Assembly (NCBI GenBank): GCA_040954595.2
Contig: CM082577.2
Span: forward strand, 8,705,846 to 8,769,845
Direction of reading: 5' to 3'
DNA from: Balanoglossus misakiensis
Taxonomy: Eukaryota > Animalia > Hemichordata
Length of the DNA stretch: 64,000 nucleotides
Every line of letters starts with the position of its first letter. The stretch's first letter is position 1. Both the position numbers and the translations under genes were made by a program. The notes below the pieces were generated by a model. It did no database searches and was not told the origin of the DNA. It saw nothing but the letters and a program-made list of their open reading frames with translations. Shown piece by piece: positions 42,001 to 55,947 of the stretch.

Positions 42001-45000
42001 CTGAAACATGTGGAGTTCAGATTTGGAAGGCGTAAAAAAACAACCCATCTCAAACACTCATAATGCCGTCGGCGTCAAACCAGTCACTGATACCAATATG
42101 ATAGGCTTTAAAAATAACACACCCAAACCGTCCAATTTTCACATCAGATTGAAAGACGGAAACATGTGCATTTCTAATTTAGGAAAAAAGACCATCACAA
42201 AACTCAATTTATACTGTAGAAATCAGGAAAGTCAATGCTAATATCAGAATGATATCTGTATCCGTGGTAACAAACACCCTGCACTTCCTCAGCGGTTACC
42301 CTGCTGTTTTTGGGTTCGCTCAGTTGATTAATATTTCCAGGATATATCTGCGGATGAAATCATTACACTTGAATTGGGGCTGATTACAACCATATTGGAA
42401 TGAGGATCGACCCCAACAGAGGTATTTTAGTGCGGTAATTTCATCACGGCTTTATCAAAATAATGATACGTCCAGTCTCTCTGTCGCACTCAGTTTATCA
42501 AAGACATTCTTCCCAGTGGGGCCAGCTAAGAAAACTTCTTGTACGTGTCTGTACGTTGGTAAATTTTGGTGGAGATTTTTAAATAAGAAAATAATGTGTT
42601 TTGTCAGAAAAAAGCTGTCGGTGATTTGCATTTAAATATTTGACGATGAATGTAGATTTATGTACCAGAAGAAGTGCACATATTAAAAGTTCAATACCCA
42701 GAATGCAAAAACACAAGATGAAAAAGAGGAACAAAATTTTTGCCAAGATGGCCCAAATCAGTGTCAAAGTCACTCTGGGACTGGGATTTGTCACTGGCAT
42801 GATAGTCTATGAAGGAATGCCAGAAACTTGGTTTCAGTGTGAGAAGGAGCTAGATCTCAACACTGATGTGAGCAACACTTGAAAGCAAATATTGACCAAA
42901 GTGTCACTGGAATGCTCGTTTGCGATAACTTTGGCACCAAAATGCAGTTATCCCCAATTGAATGGCGAACATGAAGTTTTTCGTGACGAACTGCGTTGGC
43001 CAGGGAAGAGCTTGGCTGGCATTGACTTTCATCAGTAATGAAGCTGTGTGACTTAGATATTCAGTTGTTTCATATTTTCGTTCAACAAAGCACAAAAGAA
43101 AAGTTCCTCCTATTTTTGATCTAAAACTAAAACATCAATTAAAGAAAGCTGAATCACTTATATACACAGGTGCTGTAGGCTTTATGTCAGTAATGTAACG
43201 TTAAAAACACAAAAATGCATGTTAATCAGAAGTTTGTCACAAAATTGACAAGACAAACTTTGTGGACGAGACAATTTATTTTAAAATTACACACACACAA
43301 AAAAAAGAAAAAGATGTGTGGCATTATTTGTATTACGGCCACTACTTTAAAAATCAGCAAAATTGGAGAGAAACATTTCAAGTTAATTTTTTACAAACCT
43401 TAATACCCTTCACTCGGTTTTCATAGATGCAAGATTTGTTGTCATTGGCAACCGCTGCCAAGCATCGGAAATACGCGCCAGGGACCAAAAATGTTCTCAT
43501 CAAATCAACCAGAAATCTTTTTCCGGCAAAACGTGAGAAACAGAATTTTTCAGCATCTACAGACGAAATATTCTCCACGGGGAGAACAAGCATGTAACCA
43601 CATCGCAGAGAATCGCCAACAATTAAACTCCAGGCTGCTTGCCATGCCAAAGTGTCACCAATCTGCTAAATATTTAATTAAGAAAATATTGATCATAATT
43701 AGTCAGAATTTTTTTTTTTGAATGAAGAGGAGGGGGGCTGTGTGCTCATAGTACGTACGATGATTGGCAGAGGATAGCGTTCAGTGATAATGGGAGAGAG
43801 AGAGGAATACGTTGACCCTTGCATAGCAGTGTGACCATTCCATGACAACAGGACCATTCCTGGAATAGCTGGCATAGTCCATGTATCCCTATTCCTTGGG
43901 AACATCCACACGAGGCGCGAAAGGAAAGAATAAATTACGGGATAATTTTGTTTTCATGCACACAAATCAATCAAAGAAACTGAGTTGGACAGATGTGTAT
44001 ATTCTCTTTTGTGTGCATGTGCAGTTTTAATCTGCTCAAAACAAAAAACTTGTAGACATTTGTAGGCGAGTGTTCATGAACACAAGACGGTAAAATCGTT
44101 GTTTGTTTTCTGAGAAAGAAGTCCCCAAACCCTGCACCCATGCTTGCAGTGGACTTATCCCTCCTTGTACGCCCTAGGGCTATTGTCTGTGACCTGCGAC
44201 CCCGTCGCCCCTGACAACAAGTTGTACAGGAGCTTGCAGCCAGCTTTTCACACGGGGATAGATTACAAGATTATGTGAGAATGATGGACACCACAGATTG
44301 CCTGGATGAAGGCTGAACGTTTTTGGTTATTTATGTCTTCAGACTGGCGGTTAATGGCCAATAAGACTCAGCTGTCGCAGGGTGGGACATTGAAAGAAAT
44401 TTCTCACTATTATCATCTGAACTTTGCAGTTCCATGCACTGTGATTTATTATCGGAAACAAAAAAATGTATTATTATTTTCTATATATCATGGGAGTTTT
44501 CCCTAATTTTTTCGTCTGGGAAAGTTTCTTAAAAGGAAGGATTCACTTATATAGCTTCCGGCACTATTTGTCCGATTACGTATTTTTCCAATTGCAAAGT
44601 ACTGCTGTGGGGTAACAATTGTCACTTCATGTTTATTTTATGAGCTTGCTGATGCAGTTTTATTCAATAATTCATTTTTTCTGATGCGCATAAAGTTGAT
44701 TTAGCTGTTCGTGATTATTATGATATATGTTTGGCTGAATGGTACTCAACAATTCTAACATTCCCATTGTTCTTAAATTACCCGGGTATAATATTATACT
44801 TCTGAAGTGCACTGCACAGTACCACACTATACATAGTTATTATTTCGTGATGTAATGTTATAAATTATAGGGGTTTTAGACCTGACAAAGTTAATATATG
44901 AATCTCTAACAAGAATTTAAATGAATTCTTATATGGAATGATATGACTTCTTAGAATCAATCATTTAATGGTGCATGACTGACTTCATTATTTACTAGTT

Positions 45001-48000
45001 TCCAAAAAAAAGGGAGTTTTAACTGCATGAAAAACACTCAGTGGGTTTTGACTTTTGTACTGAGTAATACGGTATGTCCAACTTGACACAGTTTGCGTTC
45101 AATGCAGTGTGTTTATACAGGCATATAAGCCCAAGTCTGAAATGTGACCCACTTACAATGTTTAATTTTCTGTCAATGTTCTTCAATCCCCGTACAAGTG
45201 AACCCGGATAATCTTGACTCCAGCCCTTGTCTCTGACCTAATTCTCGGTTGACTGACCCAGTAAACATTGTACAACCTCGTCTTGCCACGGTGGTGCACC
45301 CGATGAAAACACGCATACTAAAAACCCTTGAATCAGATTCTTCAGTTGTATTTTGGTCTGCATGTAACGCAGCAATTTTAATAGTTTGTTATTCATGAAA
45401 CTTGCAAAAACAATATCTGAGAATATGGGGATATATTTATTATAAAAAAGACTTGAATGCTTCCTCATTATTTCTGGGCTGGGTTCTCCTTTTCAACACA
45501 GTGACTGTAGTCTGGTTCTTTATTAAAAAGCTTAAAACTTTTGGTTCACTCAGACAGATTTTATAAATCTATAAGGCCCCCCAAAATACGTATTCTTCTC
45601 TTCCCAGGAGATGGAGAGTGGAGATCAGCTGCCTAGCAACTAGTCGACTCCACCCATGCATTATGTCGTAAACATAGCTAGGTGATAACCACACAAGTTT
45701 TACATCAACATATAAACAGACAACATCAAGTTTCTGTCGACTGTGTATATTTCCATGAGACTGTCTTTGCTCAGGGAGGATGATCTAATCATGGAAAACA
45801 TAATTTTTTCCGTGCTGTTTGAGCCGGGAAGACAAAATTAACCCGCGAGCTTATTAGTGTTTTTTGTAAATACGGCAGTGTTATTGTTCACAGTGTCCGT
45901 CTCACTAGGCTGTGAATGGTGTAGCTTTTCTCGTCCGGTGTGTGTTGTTTTTACGACAGGTACATGGCATGAGAGAGCCGCAGGTAGTCCCCCATCAGAG
46001 CAATTTTAAATTAGCAACCTGGCTGGGGATTATTAGACGATATCTCTAATTAGAGCCCCCCAAAAGGCATGATCCCATCCTTCCTCCACTTGTAGAATCT
46101 TAGAAAACTCTGGGAAACAAAAATCCCTGAAGTGTGGCTGACACATGTACTTGGTGGGAGAAAGAAAAGGTTTCAATGTAACAGCGGCGTTGTGATATCC
46201 TATAGTCCTGCCAGATGTGAAATTTAGTATTGTTTGCGTGGCAAGGCCCGTCCCCCCCCCCCCCCCAGCTTGTCCCCCAAAGCTCTCCACCCTTCAACCG
46301 TTTGTGCACCGCCGACTTCTTGTTTTAAAACACCAATCCTTGCGTTACGCCGGGCCAAAAGGTCTCGCACAAGGGCCTATCCAATTATCACTTGTGAGAT
46401 TGTTTTGAAATTGTCAATAATTCCTGCAAAACCTTGACTTCTTTGAATACATGTAGCGCTGCGTGGTCGCACCCCACAATTCCCGCCCGTTTTGGAGCGG
46501 CTGTATCTCTCGCAAGTCTCCCTCTCTGTGTTTTCACTCACCGCACCTCATTATTTTTGACTCACCATTAAACATTCATCTGTTTGTGTATTGGTGGGGG
46601 TCTCCACTGCACCGAACTGCACTATGCCTATTTTAATGAAAGTTCATGAAAAAAAAATCGCTTCTGTTGCTATTTTACGAGTGGATTCGCAATAACAAAC
46701 TTTGCTGTTGGCATGGCAACAGTATCCTGATTGGGTTACCCATGAATTTTCTTTCCATAAATCATTTAACTGGATACCCACTTCCCAAAAAGCAATAATA
46801 ATTTCATAATGGATCACTTCATTAAAGTTTGCTCAGAAAAACATTGAAGTTTTGCTACTGATGATCATTTGTTTGTTTGTTTTTCATGAAATGTACTTCA
46901 TTCCCGGCTTAACGTGAATAATGCTTAATGCGATAAGATTAATACATTATGGTATAAAGTAATCTGGGGCTTTTTTTTACATAAATAGTGAATTTACAAG
47001 TTTTATTTTTTTTTCTTTAAATGATAGGACAGGAACAATAAACTGTTAGTCTGTTTAATCATCTAGGTGTATTTATTAGGTGTCATTCAAAAACGGCATA
47101 AAAATGACTTTAAAATATGCCTCATAACTGTTTCACCCCTTTCCCTGAAAATGGATCCAACCACTCCACTGAGAACAATGGGACCCAACCACAGTGTGCT
47201 TGTGAAAAGGATCAAAAACTTTGTCTGTCTTCCGTCACTGCTTTTCTACTTTTCTGCACTTTCTCATTTTACAAGAGATCAAAGTAGATCCTGGCCATCC
47301 AATTATCTTCAGATTGAATTGAAAGGGTCTGATAGATATGGAAAATCTCAAATTTAAGTGAACGTTATGTACGGTGACACGTCATATGTATCGGTGATGA
47401 AGTGTTCAAAAGGTCAGCGATGGCACTGTAATGCTGACAAGTAACATTCAGTATTTTAGTGAAAGTTATTTGCAAAATTAAAAAAAAGAAATTTATACAT
47501 CATGGAAATTGAACAGACAAATGATTACTCACATGACCTCTGACACAAGAACATGAACAAAGACCATTGATTTTCAAAAGCACAAAAATAGCCCTTTGCT
47601 ATTTGCTGAATTAATCTCGTACTTGGTAGTCGTGGCGAATTTGAAACTGTCTGCACACTTGTACTGGATAATGGGAGATTTTAGTTTAAGAGACTTTTAG
47701 GCTTGTTACGACTGAAAGCAACTTAGAAAATGTTAGACTTGATTAAAAGAAACCCACAACTATCTTGCGGTCCAAACTATCAGCAGATGTTAAGTGCCTT
47801 TTTTCATATTTCTACCCGGGCTCAAACGCACAAAGTGAAAAAAAAATGAACAGAACAAAAGATTCTGAGATTAATTTTGGGAAATTTCTGGCATGCAAAG
47901 ATTGATGACAATGTCCTCTGGCTTCTGCAAAAAAAACAAAATCCTAATTTCACAGATAACCTAAGCCAAACATTGGAAAAACTACTGAAATACCAAGATA

Positions 48001-48998
48001 ATTTGTGACATCTGTAAAGTTAGCACTAATAATTGAAAATGTGACGCAACGTGTCAACGCAGTGATGATGTCACAGCCCACTGATACCCGGGGATGACTG
48101 CGGCTCCAAAAAGCATTTTAATCAACAGCTGACCCAAGAATTCAAACGCTAATATATTCCTTCCACATTCCAGCGCTCTTTATCCGCGATGGTGTAATCT
48201 CTGCACCTGTGCAGATCACTGCCCTGGCCCACATTCAACAGCCTTCACCGAGTGTTATCACTCGTAAAATTGCGTGGAATTGGAACATCTTCAAATTCAG
48301 AGCGCTCTCCCACTACATCACGGAATGTAATGGATATTATACACAACATTTCCTCCCTGCCATGTGGACTGTAGGCCCCACTGTTTGTTTTTATTTTTCC
48401 CCCATAAACCACTATAGTATGTTGTTTTGTTTCCCTGTTAGCCTTTAGTGTATCTGTATATAATATCAAAGAAAAACAGTTTATAGACCATTAATTACTA
48501 CTTAATTAATGTGCTAATGATTTAATGATTTAACTGATAAGGATAGAGAAATAATTATCGTCAAACATTACACCGGCAACTGATAAGAAAGAAACTCAAT
48601 GCTCTCAGTATCAAGAAATGGAATAGACTTTCATACAATAGAATAAAATTCAACCTACATTTTCTCTAACGAATTACAATTTAACATCATATGACATTTT
48701 AATTACATTAAAATCAACAGTGTCTGTTGCATGTAGCTAATGGTTGATTATTTTATGTTTATTGATAAATTTGCAAATCAGTTTATTATCAGATTAGCAT
48801 ATAGACTACCATAAGATGACATGTATTTGCAATTCCAGAATCCATCGTTGACACAAAAGAGACTAGTTCACTCAACAATAATAGATCAGTTTTGAATTGA
48901 TCCAAAAATCAACTTAACAAATGCCTTGTGCAAATTTTAGCCATACAATTGTCTTCAATTTTTCTTCACCAATTTTTTTTAGTATTTACTCTCTATAG

Positions 48999-49403
48999 CA
49001 GTGTACGAAATAAAGCCTGTCCGACAGTCCGAGACTGGTTGTTTTTCTGTAGGACTGGTAAAAATAAAATGTTACCAGTCCGACTGACAGGTTGAATTTA
49101 GCATGGGAGTTAACCAGTGGTATCATGACATCTTTTAGACTTTCCCCAGTTCATGTATTGCAAATAAAAGAAACAATGATGTAAAAGCTTGAAAATTATC
49201 AAATCAAAGTAATGTAAAGAGAAAGATGATTCCATCCCATCTTCAATTGTTCACAGATAAGGTAATAGCTTCTCAGTTGTATTTGGTTACATTTAATTGT
49301 AAGGCATAATATCAGGACTGGTAAGTTTTTGGCAGGACTGGCAACTTTTTGAAGTTGCCAGTCCTGGTGACTGGTTGATATTTCCTATGAATTTCGAACA
49401 CTG
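48999..49403. mobile_element. 405-bp non-autonomous DNA transposon, CAGTG termini, 7-bp TSD (hAT- or P-like)
   Basis: TIR CAGTGTACGAAAT / ATTTCGAACACTG (one mismatch); direct repeat TCTATAG at 48992-48998 and 49404-49410; subterminal CAGTCC/GGACTG motifs at both ends. Confidence 0.75.
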
Positions 49404-52400
49404 TCTATAGTTAACAAAAGAGGAAAAAATATACTTTTTTAGAAAAATTATCTGTAGTTTTGCTCCTGTTGCTTTGAGTTGAAGCCATCATTTTCATGTC
49501 CGACAGTACTATACCTCTGGTGCAAGGTTGATGGAGACAGCCACTACTGACTGTAACATACTGACACAGTTTTAAGTAGCCATTTCCAACATCCTGTGTG
49601 AGGCACAAATATTTATCGCATAGAGATGTCGCAAAGTGGATCCTCGTTGTGAATTTAGACTTTAAAAATTTAATTTCTTCGGCATACCATCGCCATGGAT
49701 ACCGACGGCAAAACACTCTATTTAATGGCTGGTTTCCAGGCTGCTATTGAAGTGGTGTTTGGATTTTAGCATATTTTAGACAGGGGGTTGTTTTTTCGAT
49801 CAAGGAGAACAGTGTCGGTGGGTGGCACACAACGACAGACAGGAGTTGAGGTGAAAATTAATCTGTTTAGGCATTTTGAATGCAAAGGTGGTGATGTAGT
49901 AAATTGTACAGGAAATTGAAACATCCTAATGACATGGAGTGGTGGTTATACCATTGTCGCCTTCACTTCAACAGTAATATCTCTATTTCTATATAGACAT
50001 TGTTTCTCTTTTCTCAACCTTGCATTATATGTTGACAAACACGTTTCAACAGAGCAAAGATTTATTTAAGACAAGAACCCATTATCAACTAAAATAGGAG
50101 AGCATTACTTCTATTTTCGTGTACGTATTTTATGTTTCTGACATGTGAACCTCATAAATCTTTATATTCATCATGTTCATAAGTATCTTCTATCGAAAAG
50201 ATGATACATGTTATATAAACTCATTCTTCTTAGTGTACTGGTATCTATCTTTATTAACAACACCCAATACTAGAGAGAAAGGTCACCCGTACTGCAGAAC
50301 AGCCACAGTTATTACAGATAAGAATTCTTAAATTCCCCCTAAATTCTGTTATGCAACGCTCTGCATATTTTGAAAAACTTTGTTCTTCCAGTCATTACCA
50401 AAAAGATATGTCACTTATTTGGAATTCAGAGTCAGGAATGCCTTCTATAAACTTAATAGATGTAATATAACTCGACCACAATTTTCATTGTGTTTATAAG
50501 TTACTGAAGAAAATTGTGGGATAAAAGTTTCTTTATCATCCTGTTTACCCGATCAGGAGACGCAAGCAGTGGTTGCAGTGGGCAAAAAAATGGACGAGAA
50601 ATTTGATACGAGATTTGCACTTAACATTAAAAATGTTGTTTGTCTGCCTAAAGAGTCTGCCACATCTGTTTCAAGAGGCTTCAAGACCAGTTCAGTCTTA
50701 ATCAAGCTAATTTGGCTCAGTGTACCTCTGCCACTTGACAGCAGGGACTCATTTCCGAAATGCCCATAGCTCCTGGGTTTTACAACAGTTCCTGCCGAAC
50801 TTGTTTTTCCCTCTTGTTAAAAACACGGAAAACTGTAACCACAACTCCGTAGGCCCCCGTGAGGAAAGAATTTTTCTCACAGGTATCAGACACTTGTATT
50901 TCTTCGAAGGCTGTGAGATTTTTAGGGGAACGGGGTTGCGTTCCTCCTTTCCCAGCATTCTCTGCAGTCTGCCTACCAGGATCCCGCGCTGGGAAAGTGA
51001 TGGAGCCAGAGGCGGTGTCCAGTCTCAGGGTAGCGGGCCAAAACTTTTCAGAATGAATATACTACATATTTAGCATTCATAGCATTGAATGCTAATTTGG
51101 GGTTCCCGCCAAAACGCTCACACGACATTCTGCAACTTTTCCCGCCTTTTTTATCTGCTTGCGCACAAAGCGTTTTATGAGCCAGTAGCTTGTGTTATAA
51201 ACATTAAACTTTGGTTATGACAGGCAGGAGACGGCGCGGGAGCACCATATTGTCCCCATTAACATCTTTTGATGAGGTCAAAGCAATTTTAATTCCTGAG
51301 GAATCTCTCCAATTGTCTGAATTACCACTCTTTAATATCATCCATAATACTTTGATAGAAGATATGCATAATTTGTATGATACTGGTTAAGGAGGTCATA
51401 CTTTACTCTTGGGAATGCGTGAGATTTTGAGATACGACTCTTAAAATTCTGATCAAGGCCCGGATGACTTCATTTTGAAAATATTCACTATCATAAATTA
51501 CATATGAAATCTGAAACTTAATAGCGCAAATTATCAAGATGTAATAGTTAACACTAAACCTTTATTATGTTCTGAGTACAGTGTTGTCCTCAGATTTCAT
51601 GATGATCGACCATCACCAACTATCTCAGGTATTTTTCCCAGCAATCTGAGATATTCCCAAATGAGAGCCATAAAACCTCTAACCAGAAACTCTGTAACCT
51701 TGGTGTATAGTACTCTTTGTCCCCAAATTTACGAAATGCTCGGCGGTTTGAAGTTATTTTGTTATTATTTGTGAACATTAAAATGGCAGACATGCAATTA
51801 TCCCCCAGTGGTTGGTTTCCGTGGTAGCCGCGCCGTTTGTGGGTTTGTTGACTGGAAGGGAAAACGCAAGGCGAACCCAGGTCTGGATACCCGATGTGAA
51901 ACAGGTTTTTCCGAGTGTGGGAAAACATTTCCAGCGCAGCGACTTCGACCGGGATAGAATAACAATGGTAACTACTTGGGGTCAGTTTTTTATCCCTGCG
52001 AGTTGCAACACTTATTTTTCAGCGGGAACCCTGACTGTGAGCACAACAAACAGCTGCAGTCCCCCATAACCAGGCAACCGGCGCTTATAACTGCGAAGCC
52101 CGCTGACACGAAGCAAGCCCTTTATTATGAGACTGGAATTTTTCCCAGTATAACGGGCCAAAACGTTGAAATGCCATGTTTTGAGAAACCGTCACCAACA
52201 CAGAATTATAGAAACCATTGTTATATTTTATCACTGCTTTGTCATCCCTGATCGATTGTTTTTAGCACCTTGCTTCAGAAAGTCGACATCATGGCAGGCT
52301 CATCTTTTCTCATGCCTCAACAACACGTATTTTTACAGGCAAAACTATTTTTCACATTAATGATTTTGAACTCAGTTGGTCCTACACAGAACAGCCAATG

Positions 52401-55171
52401 GTACGACCCAGCACACACTGAACGCAGAATACATCATAACTGTCCAATCACCAATCCCGTACCATCCACACTTGGCTTCATCAAAACGTTACTAATCACC
52501 AAAAGCCTGCCATAACTATGCTGTCAACATTTGCCTGCAAGTTTCTCACTACTTTGGCATCTCCAGGAAAAACATCCCAGATATTCTTGCGTTGTTCAAT
52601 CCATCGTCATTCTCAGTGTCATGAAGCATCTCGCTGACAAATGATAAATATTCAAAATGCCATTGAGAATAAACTTACTTTGAGCCGATAACAGGTTGCC
52701 AACCATATGCCGTTTCAGATCATAATATCAAAATATGATAAAAAAATTCCATAGTAATCAAAATACTTGAAATTTTGAAATTGATAACATATGGCAACTA
52801 AAAGTAGTCAGAGTTCAAAATTATATACAATTACAAAATTACAAATATGTTGTTTATTTTGTTTCTGTTTAGTGACAAGATTGTCATCTGTTAGTATAAT
52901 TTGTAAAGACCATAATAGTGTCGTTACAAAAATGAAGTTTATTTTCACATCTCGAAACAGAAGATGCAAACCATGTGGCCTTATATGAATGAAACAGCTG
53001 GGCAGTGAATATATCGAAGCCAGTCATTCATATAGAAGGAATATTGATACATGTGACCGGCTACCCTGGATGGAATCTGTATTATTTGGCATAAACCACT
53101 GCTTGAAAACTACAACATGTGTGCGCGTAGATTTGACACAGATTTCTGCTCCATCGCAGAGGTCCCAGGGACATCCTAAAAGAAACTCTGGCACAGTGCC
53201 AGAAGTTCTCATAACACGGGCTGCAAGTGGTCATACTTCTCTTGTAACTGTATCCACCGGGCAGACTCTCAACAAAGCGGATAAAATGTTCCGTTTGGAG
53301 AAACTCAAACCCGTCAGGGGTTTTTCGTCCACTCTCTCCAGGCAAAGCTGAAAGCCAACGCTTTTGTTTTTTTTCTAATGAAGGGTAAAAATAAATTTGT
53401 TATCTACCATACGAGAAAGGAGATCGCTCCCTCAGGGTCAGTGTAAACTCTTCATGTACATTTTGAAATTCATCCAGATCTATTTTCACCAGAGAAAAAG
53501 CAATGCTGGAAAAAAAGATTCTCTCCAAATTTTCTAAAAGAGACATTATCTTTTTTCATCATAATTTTGAAATTTATAATATTTATGATCGCATTTATTT
53601 TTTTATTTTAAATCACATGCAAAAAAATTTGTATGGACACATAAGAAATATATACACTTATTGGGAAGGAGGGGGGTGCATGAAGATGGGAAAGAGGAGA
53701 GAATAAGTTCTAAAATTTATTGCTAAAACTGACAAATACTAGTACTCTGTAAATAATAATAGTTTACCATAATCCTTGTTCAAGTGGAAGCTATTTTATA
53801 GTTTAAACTTTATTCAATACGCTTTGCTTCTGCAGGGTTCCATCTTTGCAAGATTTGCAACTTTTGCAGGAACACGGTTGGAATTTTTCCCGCCAGAATC
53901 TCCATGTTTTCCCAGTAAATTTGTGGTTTATTTTGGAGTCACAAATTGGACAAGATTGTCCCCATTCACGGAACAGCATGTCAGCCACCCGGCTAGCGTG
54001 AGAAATTTACAGGAAAAGTAACCAGAGTTTATTTTTGCAACTTTCTGTTCCAAATCTGACATCCAGCTCTCCACTCTGTCAAATATTGCACCCTGGTACG
54101 TCCCACCTTGCATATGGCTCCAAATTCCCCCTCACTATGAGAGCACACTCATTTTTTTTCTGCGGCGATCCAAACCATATTTTGGACACATTTTTCACAA
54201 GGCCAACGGGCTCACTTTCCTGTGGGAACATGCGAACGACGCCCTGCATTTCACCGAAATATCATCTGTCACTTCGGAGATCATATTCTCCCATGAACGT
54301 GTTCTGTCGTAAGAGAGCCACGTTCATAATTATTACCCCTAATAAAACAAAGTAGCGAGGCCCGCGTCTGCGTGGCAGTGGGAACCATGGAGAAATTCGT
54401 TCCTGTGAGAAATATGATAATTGAAAAAATGTACCTCCTTTTTAATATAACATTTTGCACTAAAACTCTCAGAAAGTGTAACATTTCTTGAATTAAGAAA
54501 CCAAAACAGTTATCTGCAGAAGGATTAATTTGATTTTCCATGGCTGATTTCCATGATAGAAAAAAAATGAATTTATTTAAGAATAAGTTTATTTTGATCA
54601 AGAAAAAAAATGTAAATACCTGGTATATGCCAATAAGTTATTTGCATCTTTCATGCAAAATTGGGTTTGTTTACTCACGACTATCCATGTCACTTTGGAA
54701 CTTTCATGCATCAGATTCAGATGCTTTGTGTTGTTCTTGTTTTTAATTTTTGATTTCACCTGAGGCTTTCTGATTAATTAAGTTTCTATTTTTCAAAGCA
54801 ATTGATCTAAAGGTAGTTTGCACCTCGAAAACCAAAATCTTAAACTTTTTTATATTTTGATGCACTCTTAAAATTTGTTTTCAAAAATACTCTGTACATA
54901 CTTTATATAGAAAAGAATTGAAATCTTTGAAGGACTCTTTTTAATCTGTCCCTTAGGTGCGTATGACCTTAAAAGGGCTCTAGACTGCCCCCACCTGACA
55001 GAGTAAGGCCAGTTAATGTAATCACCCATTCTCACACACATCCCCACTTGTTATCTCAGGCTGACTCACATGCATCAATGACCCCTTCACCCCCATTTCC
55101 GATCATGTTGGTCTGACCCCACGACTTAAAACAATGGGGTCAAACCCAAAGTAGGGGCCAGTACTAGCTAA

Positions 55172-55947
55172 GGCTGCATTCACAAACACCTCTGGAGGGG
55201 GGGGCAGGAGAATTGAGGGGGGGGATTTGAAAAAATTGAGGGTATGTAAGGGGGGGGATTTGAAATAATTTAGGGACTGAAAGGGGGGGACTTGAAAACT
55301 TTAACGACTAAATATTTATTTTGAGTCCACAAAAATGCAGTTTCGCGCCCTTTATTTTACCCCCTCCCACACCCACCCCCTCCATTCATCAACACCTTTC
55401 AATCATTCACTGGTTTATCTAGTGTCCCAGGGCAGGGGACTTGCCCCCACCCCATGATAACTTTGAGCGGCGACGGTTAAATTTGTCCTCCCCAACATAC
55501 CGGTAGTTGAGTTAATTTGCTTTTGCCGGGTTCATTAAAATGCAGCTTTGAGCTCTGTATTTTAGAAAATTTTCTTACGTGGGAGGGGGACACCCCCTCC
55601 CAAACCCACCCCCTTCAATTCTCGGTTTACAATGTCTCCCAATACAGAATACAAATATATGTACTTAAAAAATAAAAACAATGTGCAGTTTTAATACCCA
55701 CTGATGAGGGGTCAAACATCAGTTTCAAATTCTTTTCATGGGAGCGCTGTTTTTCTTTTTACAAGATAGATAGGTGATGTGTTTTGCTCTGTGAAAGAAA
55801 TGGGGGGGGGGGATTTCAAAATTTTGGCAGTTCGGAAGGGGGGGATTTGAAAATATTGGCAGTTCAGAAGGGGGGCATGTGAAAATTAGCGGTAAAAAAA
55901 ATTGAATTCTCCTGCCCCCCCCTCCAGAGGTGTTTGTGAATGCAGCC
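55172..55947. mobile_element. 776-bp PIF/Harbinger-type MITE
   Basis: ~43-bp TIR GGCTGCATTCACAAACACCTCTGGAGGGGGGGGCAGGAGAATT with its reverse complement ending at 55947; TAA TSD on both sides; subterminal GGGGGGGATTTGAAA repeats at both ends. Confidence 0.88.

Noticed and set aside
42925-42950. TTTGGCAC match to the miR-96/182 seed
   Set aside because: The rest of the mature sequence does not match and no convincing precursor hairpin is seen.
51069-51096. Palindrome TTAGCATTCA-tagcat-TGAATGCTAA
   Set aside because: Only a 10-bp stem with no TSD or second copy; may be chance or a paired binding site.
54808-54880. AAGGTAGTTTGCACCTCGAAA, looks like the end of an interspersed repeat
   Set aside because: No matching opposite end or second copy in the window, so it cannot be supported.
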